Positions 35,139-48,199 are shown, numbered from the whole stretch's first letter. The stretch is 63,720 nt of DNA, filler included, from Choristocarpus tenellus KU-1152 (GCA_964200185.2; 11 parts of 11 records of this genome joined end to end with filler, not necessarily neighbours in it), one strand, 5' to 3'. The notes: generated by a model not told the origin, from the letters alone. A program made the numbers and translations.

Positions 35139-35972
35139 GGGTACTGTGGGTACCTGATGTGGAGTGCTATTTCAGGTACAGTACTCTGGTGTAGAGAGTA
35201 GGGGAACATTGGGGGCAGAGACGACAGAACCGCTCTTGTGAGACATTAGCTGTCCTCCTCTCTCTCAAGAACAGTATCGTCAACAATGGCTGTAATCATA
35301 GCAATGACATATTTGGACATGACATCGAATTAAATAATTGTTCTAAAATTATATTCTGGTGTGTCTATCGGAAGATTGATACCTTTTAACATACATGCAT
35401 GGGAGTGCTACCAGTGGGTTAGGCCCCTCAGTCATAACAGAGCCATCCCGTAAGTTGGCTTGCCAACTCATCCATATTTTTTGTCTCTGGCATCTTTGGT
35501 TGTAGGAATCAGCCTTGATATTTCATCTACAACGATACAAATTTGACTGTTGTTGGAGATGTAAGGGCCTAGTGCTCTTCCAGCTGTCCTGTGGATGTCA
35601 GAGTTGTCGATGTGGGGGTTATGTTTGGCCATGATGACAAAACATAATCAGAGAGGAAATTATTTGAAGGATGGCTATGTACTGAGGTAGGTACCAAGGG
35701 GCATCATCTATTTTAGCATTTTGTTGAGTCAAGTTGGATTAGTTTCTCGATAGACCGATTACATATTGACCGGAGACGATTTCCATTTTTAGATATGGTG
35801 AAGTTCAACCGTCAATCTCATTTTTTATTTTTATTTTTAGACACTCAAGAGTGTAACTTGTTCAGTTTTGAGTCCAGCATTGTCAGCCTCTTCTGAACTT
35901 TCCCCACCCAGAATTTGCAACTGTTGGACTATATTACTTTACTGTTACACTTTGGATGCCACCCAATGACAG

Positions 35973-36098
35973 GGAAGACTGGGAGAGGCGGAGCCGCTCT
36001 TAAGCAGAGCTATAGCCATTCGAGAGAAGGTACAAGGTCCAGGGCATCTAGACTTGGCTGCAAATTTCAACAATCTGGCTGGGCTATTGGAAAAGCAA
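35973..36098 (+). CDS. Second single 42-aa TPR exon of the same gene, phase 0-0
   Basis: ...aatgacAG|GGA...CAA|GTgaga; exactly 126 nt; GRLGEAEPLLSRAIAIREKVQGPGHLDLAANFNNLAGLLEKQ. Same register as 32458-32583. Confidence 0.9.
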
Positions 36099-36613
36099 GT
36101 GAGAAGTATTTGTATTGGTCTCGGGGTTATTATTACAAGAAACATGGTAGGTGCATTAACTAGTTGACATAGCTCTTAAGCAGCAGGGGTGTCACACCTA
36201 TTTTTACTGTCTTTATTAACATTATTATTACTATTATTTTATTTTTATCGCCATTATTATTACTATTACAATAGTTATTTTTGTTTCCATTATTAGTACC
36301 ACTATTAGTACTATTGTAATATTTATTAGTGTTACGCATGGTGGGTATCCCTATAGTAGTGTAGAGATATGAAAGGAGATGGGGGGAATCTTACAGCACT
36401 CCCAGGAAAAAAAGAAAAAAGATAATTGTTGAAATTGTTCAGAAAAAAAAAGTCCTACAGTATTTTGTGGTTTTTAATATATTTTTTTGCATTTTGATTT
36501 TGAGGGTTTGGTATATTGGGTCCCAACCCATCAATCGAGAGCGCAGCTTCAGTATTGCTCTTCACCCCCCTGAAGTTGCAGAGAGTGATTTTATGTTGTG
36601 AATTGGATCTTAC

Positions 36614-37025
36614 GTACATACATAGTACATACATAATACACACATAATGCATACACAATAGACACACAATGATACATACTTGTAGTACATACACGAAATA
36701 TACATAATGCATACATAATACACACATAATGCATACACAATAGACACATAATGATACATACTTGTAGTACATACACGAAATATACATAATGCATACATAA
36801 TACACACATAATACATACACAATAGACACACAATGATACATACTTGAAGTGCATACACGAAATATACATAATGCAAGGTAAATACACATTATACACATTA
36901 CACACACTATACACATTATACACATTACACACATTATACACATTATACATATTATACACATCACACACACTATACACATTGTACATATTATACACATTAC
37001 ACACACTATACACATTATACACATT
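36614..37025. repeat. Compound tandem repeat: 82-bp higher-order unit (~3 copies) followed by a 9-bp TACACATTA array
   Basis: CGAAATATAC recurs at 36694, 36776 and 36858. The 9-mers span ~36882-37025. Confidence 0.92.
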
Positions 37026-37166
37026 GTGTTGTGTCTCTGAACCCGCTTCTTCACGTATCGGGATTGTATCGGGATTGTAGGGGAAAGGCGTACGTACAAC
37101 TTTGTTCACGAGTGGTAAGAAAATTTAAGTCTGTAAAATGGAAGACCGAACACCCGAATAATCATT

Positions 37167-37297
37167 TAAAATAATAAATATATACATAACCATAAAATAA
37201 TAAATATATACAAAAACCATAAAATAATAAATATACACATAACTATAAAATAATAAATATACACGTAACTATAAAATAATAAATATGTACATAACTT
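37167..37297. repeat. 26-bp AT-rich minisatellite, 5 copies
   Basis: TAAAATAATAAATATATACATAACCA starting at 37167, 37193, 37220, 37246 and 37272. Confidence 0.93.
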
Positions 37298-37686
37298 ACG
37301 GAGGAGACTACGGTAAACAATCGGACACGTTACAAATTAATGATCACTTCACCACCCCNNNNNNNNNNNNNNNNNNNNNNNNNNNNNNNNNNNNNNNNNN
37401 NNTTAATTAATTAANNNNNNNNNNNNNNNNNNNNNNNNNNNNNNNNNNNNNNNNNNNNCCCCCCCTCCCAGTTACTTTGGGTCAGGTTTCCTCACTGCTG
37501 CATTTTATGCCGCGTTGCTATCCCTGAAGTCGATCTGTCCCAGAGTTCCGGTTACACTGATCAGTGCCTTTCGCCTCTTCCTGTTGTTTCTGTCATCTCT
37601 CAGCTCCAGTGGAGTGCATGGGCCGGCCTCATCCCTTTCACATTCTCTCCAGAAGTCCTTCATAGCTCGCACTCAGCAGACCCACG

Positions 37687-37834
37687 CTGTGGAAGATGTC
37701 CACCACATTCGGGATGTTTGATCTGCTCGAAACCACGCTTCTCCGATTGAGATGGACTCCGCAACAGCTACAGGAGAAGAAGGCATAGTTTCGAGCAAAT
37801 CAAACATCCCCAATGTGGTAAATATCTTCCACAG
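37687..37834 (-). ncRNA. Candidate pre-miRNA-like long hairpin
   Basis: Ungapped 52-bp arms at 37687-37738 and 37783-37834, plus a 6-bp inner stem and a 28-nt loop. Five C-A mismatches on the + strand become G-U pairs on the - strand. Confidence 0.45.
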
Positions 37835-40135
37835 AATAGTTGCTTTGCGGAAATAATTTCCATACAAGCTTGATGTTCCAGCAGCGTTGTAGATGGTTGT
37901 TCACTTCTGAGGCCCAAGCTTTGTCCACGAACCCGGAGACCTGGATGTTCAGCGGCAGAGTCTTCTGGTGTGACTCTTGTTTAACAGCTTCGGTCGTGGT
38001 CCTTGATGCAATGTATGATTTGGGAAATCGTTGCAACGAACGCAAGGAGGTGTTAGGAAGAGAGGTAAGTCAGTTATGACGTTGATAGGCAAGGGCATGG
38101 TTGATTGTTGAAGGTGGTGAGGTAGGGATGAAAATGAAACAAGCAATGTCATAAGTGTTGAGCGAACGAGCAGACTATTGAGTAGTTTGCTGAAGATGAT
38201 GTGTGTGTGCGGAGACTGCTAAATGCAACATAGAAAGAATACCTGTCTTACATGAAATATGAAAAGCGGACGAGAGGTAATTTTGAGGGCTTTCCATTTT
38301 GTCGACAGATTCTCGAACGATGGGATCTGAAAATTAGAAATAGTTGAGAAGCGAAACTTGATTAATTAATTTTCTTCTGAATGCATGTGGTTGGTGGGGA
38401 TCCTTTATTTCTTCGAAAAAAAAAGTGATGCAAAAAAATATTTGGTGTGGGCGGTGAAGCGTTGAAGTGATGGGTAACGAGGATTGGCTACAGAGGAGAG
38501 TGGCTTGTGTTGGTGAATACGAAGATGATGTCGAAACTTAGGAATGGGTGAGATGCAGTACTCGAAAGAAATCATTACTTTTGAATGCAAAAATACACTT
38601 ATTCCCTTCCAAAAAAACAGGTAACGTGAGCGGTAAAGAGCTGTGGGTAGTGATGAGAATCGGCTATAAAGGAGAGTGGCTTCTTATGTACATCAACATA
38701 AAAATGTGATATGAGAGTTAGGGCAACAATGTTAGCAAGTATGTTTGTGAGGGAGCGTACAATGGGTGTATAAATACTTTACTTGGTGGACACTGTAGAC
38801 CTTGTTTCAAGATATTCTAACAAGACTGTGTTGAGTCGGTCGAGGTGTATGCCATGGATATGGCATCATGCAAATTAAGGAGAGATGCGCAATGCGATGA
38901 TGGACATTTAGAAAGAAAGGGGTGTAGAAAGGGACATATAATTGGTGTGCATGTTGGTCTCGGGGAAGAACAATACAAATGCTATTTTTGTGGTCTTCGA
39001 CATTCGTAATAACCGTTTCGGAATCTGGGAGGAGAGGGGGAGAGAGTGGTGCACGTGGTGACTTGCTTCATCGACAATACCAGAGACCGTATAAACTGAG
39101 ATCCCAATTGTTGAGAAATAATGGTGACCTCATGATTTCGTTTACATGCGTCGACTTCGTGCGCGTCTAGGTGTTGGCCGGGCTTCAGTGGCATGCTAAT
39201 TTTTTCACAAGTTGCATAAATGAACATGGTTTCAAAATATGGGGAATGACGACATCGACCTTCTAGTTTGGTGGAGGTGCAATGGAGTGTTCCATCCATA
39301 TAGGTTGCAGAATGATGGATGGGTGTGTGTGTGTTCTGGACAGGAATATTATGATTTCATGTGCGGGTGTTATTGTGCTCAAAACACCATCCGTTGTATG
39401 TGGGTACCAACGGTCCAGGTAGTGTTGCATACAATAGGGTTGAGGGAAATAACATGGGTATGTGGTTATGTTATACCCCCGGGCACAGACCCTGCCGTGT
39501 TCCGGGGATGGGTACATTATGGTGTTTTAACTATGCCTCAGAAATATCATGTCGACAGTTGGATAATGAAGGTGAGACAACACAGTCAGAGCTATTTGTG
39601 GATGAACAATTGCACAATCCTACCGAAAGGCCAACGAACATTGGTATATATAGTGATCGGCGGGTTTTACGTAACATGTTGTGAATGTGCGGCTGAATGC
39701 GTTGGGGGAAAGATCAGGTGGTAAAATCCGATACAGTACCGGGTCGAACGTGCGACGCCAACAGGCCAAGGATAGATGTCCAACGGTCATTCTTTCCCAT
39801 ACCTGTGTCATCAAGTGTTGGTACCAATATATATGTGTTTTTCAAATTTCGCAGAACATTAATGTGTTTTATCAGACACATCCTAAGCCCATCCAAACCA
39901 CTCACTGTTTTTTGGAGGATATATGTTCGGCTCAGTTGTTTGTTGGTAAAATGTGAGACACTCATTTTGTGGTACGATTGGATGCCATATAGACATGCGC
40001 GCGCCGACGACGTCATTGGAACCTGCCGTTATCCACCAATAGAAGAAACAGGACACATATATATGTGAAAGTGTCAAAGGTGCCAAGTTCTATGCTCAAG
40101 GGGTCAATCACAATCACCGGAAATGAAACTCCTTC

Positions 40136-40365
40136 GAGCCAAAGTATCTTAGGGGGTAGAGTCGCGTCCATTTGGGGCCAAAATCCAATGTTACGATTTC
40201 ATTGTAATTTTGGCTATCGTGTTTGTTAGGAAGCGTCAATATCTTAGTTCCAGACACACCTTTTCATATCATACATATTTTACCTACTCCGAAATGTCTT
40301 GGAGTAGGAAAATGTCATAAAAACTCTAAGGGAAGCCAAGCCCCAAATGGACAAACAGGGCAAAA
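40136..40365. mobile_element. MITE family A, truncated by contig end
   Basis: One TIR plus most of the internal sequence. Confidence 0.9.
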
Positions 40366-41099
40366 NNNNNNNNNNNNNNNNNNNNNNNNNNNNNNNNNNN
40401 NNNNNNNNNTTAATTAATTAANNNNNNNNNNNNNNNNNNNNNNNNNNNNNNNNNNNNNNNNNNNNGTAGGTATTCCGAATCTTACTCTGCATCTCCTTAT
40501 AATTATCACTTATTCTGTAAGGTTACCTATGTGTTACTAATATCGTATATAGTTCGCACTTGTCAGAACTCGAGAAACAATCTTCACACTGTATGTCTAT
40601 TACAAATGTTCGTATTTCCTAACACATAAGGAGAAAAATGCTCGCGCTATTCGCGTGTAACAAATGCTCAAACTTTGTTGAAATACAAGAAGAAATGCTC
40701 GCGCTATTCGCCTGTAACAGGAGCACGCAAATGTGAACTAGTCAAGGCAAAGACTGGTCGCCCCTCCTCTTGCCCCCACTTCTTCTATGGTGTGTCCCTC
40801 AGAGCTCTAGTAGTAGATACCGTACATACATTGTGAGGGAAGTGATGCTGTGGACACAGGCTCAAGTGATTGTCACCAAAGGCAGAGAAACCAGTGAAAA
40901 CCTCGTGTGAGGTAGAGGGGTGAGATGCTGTGAGGTGGAGGTGATACCCTCACCCACCAGTGTATCGCCTGGTCGTAGATAGTGCTGCTGATATACTATA
41001 TACACCACTAGTGTGGAAAAGGTAGAACGAGATACATGTTTCCATATATTTCAGTTGAGTTCCACCCAACGTTCATGTATTGTAGGGACCTGATATTAG

Positions 41100-42203
41100 A
41101 TTATCCATTGATATATCATAGATGGAACATATGATACGTAGAGAGTATTCTCTCTGATCTTCCTTGTGGACGTTGCAAATCCCACATGGTAGTCTGCACT
41201 TGTCTCACCCCACAAGTTTAGTCAGTGGAATCGAGACCATAAGCATCATATTAATATTATATATCTACACCAAGCCACTTATTGTCCTCTATCAAGGCAC
41301 ATAACCGTGGGTCCAGTGTGGAATATTTCGACAGCACCTACCAAGGAGTCTTTCTCCATTCATCGTCAAGAGGGTTGATCATCTGCCCACTCACCTTCGC
41401 TCCGAACTCCCGCACACGGTTCTACCAGACTGGACCATCCATCTCCTCCACGCATGGAGGCCTCGAATAATATTCCGTTCCATCATTGACAATGTGCTCA
41501 ACAGTCTACATGGTAATGGCACCATTATTGCAATCCTTGGTTACAGGGCAGATGATGTGTGCTGCCACCTCTTGCACTCTGTTTCGGCTAGACCATTATG
41601 GTGGAGGAGTTGAAAAAAGAAACTGCCAGCAGATGAGGTCGGGTAGATGGCGCAGTGAGAGAATACGAGATGAATCCCTCCCGTGCTAGGGTAGATCGAA
41701 AATCAGTTGTGATGAAGAGCAGTGCCGAACACCACGGGCATAACGAAAATAGCAATATGACATGTTGTACAACGTTGTGTCTCTTGTGGGGGACCCGACA
41801 CATCGATTGTCATCACCCCATGTAGGCCTTGACTACTGACGGTGTAGAGATAGAGAAATTGATGGAGTAGATTGATTGCTGTTTTCGAAATGAGAAGGTA
41901 AAGAGTAAAATGTAAGACCGTGATGTGTAGACAACGTTGATCCCGAGCAATCTTGCATCGAACGAAGAGGATACCAGTGTTGAGCACTCTTGGTGAGCAC
42001 GTTGATATCCTCAACCCCTCTGTGAAATGCGAGATGAGAACAAAAAGAAGGACGAACAAGTCCAGCACCCTCATCATGTCCTCTTTCAGTAGCTCTTCAA
42101 ACTCGGTTTGAGGTTCTTCAGGAGACACGACTGTCCTCTTGGTTGAGCACTTACACTTCATTCGGTATGAAATGATGGATTGTGCGTTTCTTTGTTTCTC
42201 CAC
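41100..42203 (-). pseudogene. Decayed tandem-HNH endonuclease-like gene of giant-virus type
   Basis: QTEFEELLKED ... LGVDI*Y*YDAYGLD / CRLPCGICNVHKED...ICSIY, compared with the viral pattern EF..L...C ... GxDR.D...Y...N..PC..CN..K. Frameshifted. Confidence 0.4.
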
Positions 42204-43531
42204 AGATATTGTTTTTTGGTGAGAAGGGAATGGTCGTATTATTTTATTATTATGCCCTCTAACATATTGGAGATGTGCAAGGAAGGAGGAAAACTAATGG
42301 AAATAATTACAAAAGTGAAAAATGATAATCTTTTTCATATTTGACTACTAAGTATCTAAGTTATACTACTGCCTTCCTGTGTCTCAAACCTATTCCTGCA
42401 CCCCAGCGTGAGTATTCTATTATTATGCATTGTAGGTGTGTGAGGGAAGTGGTCCTATCGGCAGGACGTGAAACCTTTTTCCCTTTCTGATAGTAGATCG
42501 AAATATCGATGAAGAATATCGATGTGTGAGATTGTAGGTGATGAAGGATATAGAAAGATAGTACACTTAATTCCGAACGTTGGGAAGTATTTCAAGACAG
42601 AGATGCACTTACCGTTTGTTTGGTAACGACATGGTTGGAAGTGTGATAATTCTTCGAAGGGTGTTGGAAACATGAAATATTTTGAACTAAACCGATAGAA
42701 TATACGACCATGTACTAAAATGTATAGTGTGGAAGTGTCAAAGGTGCCAAGTTCTCTGCTCAAGGGGGCAATCACAATCACTGGAGGGAACTCTTCCACC
42801 TCAGAGGGTGAGACCGAGTATCAAAGGTCTTGGCCCAACATCTCAAAGTCTGTTGAGGAAATCCAGCACAGAACAAAAACCTCAAAATACGACAGATTTT
42901 CCCGAATCACTGAGCAATGACACAGTAAGGAAATGGATCGGTCAGAATCGGAATGTCTCTTCCTTCTGGCAGTCCATTTTGGTTGTTTGGTGAAATCCAG
43001 ATCTTAAGGGTGCGATTGGTTTATTGGACTGGTCGGTATGGGTGAGCTCATATGTGGTTGGCGCGCGCAATCTATATGACCGCGCGTCTTATGCACAAGT
43101 GTGTGTGTCGGAGATCCGAGAAAAGGAACCTGCCATTTATTTACAATAGAATTAATTCACCATAGATTCGTCATAAACTATACCAATCAATTCCATCACA
43201 TAATATAATTTAGAAGAGTAAATAAAAAAGTCACCACTGTATATTTATGTCGTTCAATGTTGCACTAGAGGCTCATTTGATTATTCATCATGTTAAACCT
43301 TTCCAGTTTTGGTATTGAAATTCTGCAGCCTGGTGAAAAGGACTTTTTTTTTCCTACTACTTACGGTTGCATCAAGGACACCCTCTAAGTCACCATCAAA
43401 CAATGCAGAAATGATAGCAGACAAACAATTTACATGCTGTAAATTCGACTTCCTTTCTGACAGACTTTGTCGGCTTAGTAACAATATTTGTAGCTGTTCC
43501 TCAAGGTGTTGAGTAAAATATTTTCAACCAG

Positions 43532-43875
43532 TGTTGTGCAATATAGACTTGCAGTCTATATGGTTTATAGTGTAAAAGTGAATGAAGTAATGTAACTTGA
43601 ACTTACAAGCGACTGACGTAATGTAACTTGAACTTATAAGTGACTGACGTAGTGTAACTGTCACAAACATTTTTAAACATATCTCTGACGTGTTTGATGA
43701 CGAATGAATTAGATAACAAGGGAAAGCACCACCCCCCACCTTGAGGATAGTGCTCACTCCGATAATAAACATATCCATACCACAGCAAATACTCTACTTG
43801 AGTAGCTCTCTTTTGCATAGGTTATGAGCCTCAGTGGTATGGAAGCGGACCCCCGTAAGCTGCCACTCTAGAGTG
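43532..43875 (+). mobile_element. Probable Copia-type 5' LTR (TG...CA, 43532-43817) followed by a primer-binding site
   Basis: TGTTG start and TGCA end, then GGTTATGAGCC(T)CAG. This resembles the copia PBS complementary to the anticodon arm of initiator tRNA-Met. The second LTR is not visible because of the gap. Confidence 0.5.
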
Positions 43876-44199
43876 GAGCGCNNNNNNNNNNNNNNNNNNN
43901 NNNNNNNNNNNNNNNNNNNNNNNNNTTAATTAATTAANNNNNNNNNNNNNNNNNNNNNNNNNNNNNNNNNNNNNNNNNNNNACTTTGAGCACCACTTATG
44001 CCAAATCATTCTGATTGGCATACAGTTCGATCAAGGAGAAGACAAAGTACGTTCCACACAACTTCAAACCGATTTCAGGTTTTAGTGGCGGAAGAGTTCA
44101 AGGAAAACGAGCCTGAGATGAACATTTACTTCCAGTTTTTCATGACCAGGATCCTTTATCCTTTGAGGAAGTTATACTTGGCGATGGGAGGAACCTGTT

Positions 44200-46610
44200 A
44201 ATAATGCACAAAAGGCGTCAGGAATTTTTGTCAATCCTGATTTTAGAATGGTTGATCAAAGGGTGGTACATCAAATTATGTCTGCAGACAACAACCCCTT
44301 GATCCCATCTACTTTGCCACCGACTCCGCCTGTCTCGCAGTCTGCCCATGTCCCTACCACGAGGTCTATCTCGACACCATCAGCACCAATCTCTACCATT
44401 CAAGGACGTCGTCTACGGGAGATTTGTGCATAACTTTGATCAACGACGAATTGAAGACTGCAATGGAGGAGAGACATCCTCCTAACATGGACCTAATCCG
44501 GAGTTGGACGGAGACAAGAGACATGACTGATGTAAGGCAATCCCCCCCAACGGCCCCCATTACCACTTTACCGAAAATGTCATTAGCGAATTTTCGTAAA
44601 GATATGCGCGTCTGCCTTCAACTACGACTGGCGTACCAACTCTTCTGACAAATTTTCGTATGCACGTCACACTTCAACTTCATGAATCATAACGTGATCA
44701 GTCAACTATTGATAGGACATGTATGGGCTATTTGCCTTTGATTTTAGATAATGATGCCAATATGTTATATTTGCAGAGTATGGAAGGCAAAGTTGAATGG
44801 CGTTCACCGGCACAATTGCGTACCATTCAAATGCGGAATAATTCCACCGATCCTATTTCCATTGTAGCCCCTAAAAAATGGGATCAATTGTGAGCGGTTT
44901 TTATCAACACATTCAGTCACGCGAATGCGGTAGGAGATTGGGGCAGACAGTTGGTTAATATTTATTAAAAATCCGATTAAACCCTTGAAGCATATGCCCT
45001 TCGATTTCCACACCTTCTTGGTAGATTTACTACAGCGGTGGACTGTTCATCTCCAGATTCAAGCGATCGTAAATATATCGATCAAATTGCGATTGCTATT
45101 TTCGAAGGTGGACTACAACCTCATCTTCAGCTAAAACAGTTCAGTGAAGATTTCGCTTCCACATTACCTGAAGCTATCACTCGCGCAAAACGTCATGAAG
45201 CCAACAATCTAGCGGGAAAAAGACACGCCCACGCTCTTGCCCCTGTTTCTTCGATTCCGTCGACTGTTACGACTGCTGTCTCTGCTGTTTCCGCCGGTCA
45301 CGCCGCACAGCCTAATTTTACTTCGGCAAAAATGGCGGCACTTCAAGCAACCAATAAGCGGTTCGAGCGAGAAGTTTGAACGTTAAGCCGACAATTTCGT
45401 GGACGTGTAAACAACATTCACGACTCTTCGAAGCCCCCTTCTGCGCTCTCCACCTATGGTCCTCAAAAAGGAGCTAAACGCCCACACAAAGACCGTACAC
45501 CAAACAGATTTACGTGCGAGAACCCCCACTGTCAGCAAAAGTCCAAAAACCATGAATGGACATGGGGTGGGGATTATGTTGACATGCCGGGAGCGCCGCC
45601 CCGAGTTACGGAAGAAGAGAAGCAGAAAAAGATAGAGAAAGCTAGAACTCGAAAGTACAGTAGGAATTGATGGGGCCCAGAAGACATTAACCCCTGTAGT
45701 TCTTTTGGGTGGGACGTCGGTTATAGCACAAGAGTTAATGGGGTTGTAAAACGAGCGAAACATTATTCGTCTAGTGTAGCATTAGCTCCACAAGCACAGT
45801 TTATTCCTCAACATTTTCAGGATAATAATGCTTCGCATTAAATTTTTCCTTTAGGTCCAGAGCAGAGTCTTAATAATAAAAATACTTCTTCATGGTACTC
45901 TAGTGCATTATCACAATAAGCATCTCTTCCTTTGTGTGTAAAGTCATGATCAAAACGTATACGTGTGCAAGGAAAAATTAATTCTGAACCAGCTACCTTG
46001 ACCTTGGACACTGCAAGTGATATACCATGTATTTCTCACAAATTTGTAGTTTCCCATCCTTCGCTCCAGAATTCCCATATTGAACCAATTCCAGCAGGTG
46101 CAATCAACCTTTGTTCTGCAGATGGCAGTGCTTTGACCATCGTGGGTTTTATCAGGTTCTATCTTCAATTAGGTGATATTACAATCCCAGTTGAAGCTTT
46201 AGTGTTACCCACTTTAGGACCTGATGATGTTCTACTTGACAACAGTATTCTTGATACTTTTGGAGCGACGTATGACTGGAAACCTCAAAGGTTATCATTC
46301 CAAAATAGTACAACTGCCATACCTGCCATTCATCGTACTACCACCTCTGTTGATATGTCATCCCCTCTTCAAATAGCAGCTATACAAGCAAAAGTTCCTT
46401 CTACACCATTTCGTTTGAAGGAGAAAATATCCATTCCACCAGAATCTGAAACGCGTGTATTGCTGTAAGTGAGGAAAACCCCCCTGTAAATTGTGATGCT
46501 GTTGTAGAACCACGTGTCTGTTCATTTCATGATATTGATTCATTAAATATGAATGATCCTTGGCAATTTATTGCTGTTGCTCGGACAGTTACAACGTGGG
46601 GTTCTGATGA
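44200..46610 (+). mobile_element. Degenerate Ty3/Gypsy-type LTR retrotransposon gag-protease region
   Basis: 45965-46468 reads VQGKINSEPATLTLDTASDIPCIS...ADGSALTIVG...VLLDNSIL, a retropepsin D-T-A/G motif with flap. Upstream are a gag-like IFEGGLQPHLQ...TLPEAITRAKRHE segment and a decayed zinc knuckle near 45690-45740. Many stops and frameshifts. Confidence 0.8.
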
Positions 46611-48199
46611 TGTGTCAGGCTCAAAGTATCTGAGAGGAGGTGGCAGCTGTCCATTTGGGGTCAATTTTTGTATGTCGCGATTTTTGNNNNNNNNNNNNNN
46701 NNNNNNNNNNNNNNNNNNNNNNNNNNNNNNTTAATTAATTAANNNNNNNNNNNNNNNNNNNNNNNNNNNNNNNNNNNNNNNNNNNNCAAGCAATCTCGCC
46801 GGGTTTATCACCTTTATCCTCTTTGATGATTTTGGGGATACTTTAACATGAGGAGGGAGGTTGGCGCAATTCCTTTCGCTGTGGAATGCAAGGGAGAGCT
46901 TATGTTGAAGCCAAGGTGTGACATCGAAATCTGATCTGCATACAAACTATACTAAAAAAAAATAATGGGGGACTCAAAGTTCAAATAACTTAGAGAAAAC
47001 AAGACTATAGGCCAAGTGCAGGCTTGTACGGATAGACAAACAGATGGACAGGTGGATGGGTGGACGGACAGGAATTTCTTAGTTTTACATGGTATGTACG
47101 CGTACGTGAGAGGTAAAAAGACACCACTCCATAGTTAATTGTGGAGAATATGTGTTATTATTTTAATGCATAATGGGACTCAATTTTCAACCGACTCACA
47201 CAAAAAACAGCACTGTAGAACCAGACATGCGAGGACGAAAGGTGGTATTGGAAACATACAGAAAGACGAATGGACAGACTGGAATAACTTGGGTTCTAGA
47301 TGGATGGTAGGTACGTGAGAGAGCCGGTACTGGTAACTTATGGACAGACGGATGGACATGTGGATGGACAGGAATTACTTCGTTTTACTTGGTATTTGCG
47401 TGAGAAGGGCCTAAAAGGTTAGCAAGGGCCTCTTTGGAGAATAGTATCACCTACAAGAGGTTATTCTCTATACAGTAGTAACAACGTGTTGCAGCCACAG
47501 AGAAGGCCCGTAGGCAAAACCACGGTCTGAGGGACCCTTTGAACCTTGTATTTAACTTCATTCACCACCTTTGTAGTGGAAGGCTTCAGCTTTATCAACT
47601 ATCAGTACACCCTAATACAACATAGAGGCAGTAGAAGAGTATTTTTTTGGACGGCCTAGCAACTCATCATGCGGGGTGGTAAGAGGGGGCAGGGAGGTTC
47701 AGCAAGAAGGGTGTAGAGAAAGCGCATCATCTGCTACAGATTGTATCCTTATGTAAGTAACAAATACTGAGTCAGACCACAAATAATAGCAAGTACTTAG
47801 AGGAATAGTAACAAACAGGTGGGTTGACCCTCCCATGCTGTTGGTGATCCTCACTATTTGCTGTTTTTATTATGGAAGTGATATGTATTGTAGTATTTGG
47901 AGTGAGGGGTAATTTCATTTGTTGCAAATTCCCTGTGATCGGCAGCACAATTAGGTTGAAAAGTATGTTTTTTAATATTTTCCTATTCACACATATTTGT
48001 ATTATGAAGTTCTAAATTTGATGTGAGAGCGTTTATCTCTCTTCTATTGTTTGAAACATTTCCGACACAATCTACGAAATATCCTGTACGTATCGGTAAA
48101 AGAAGGCGAATGTTGCACATATTTACCAGCGTCCTTCAAATTCAACTCAGCATACCTCTCGTTTATTTTGACTCAAGGAGTCAGGTGTACGTGACTCTG

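Noticed and set aside
36455-37109. 214-aa and 172-aa Cys/Tyr-rich ORFs
   Set aside because: Translations of tandem repeats that are open in several frames.
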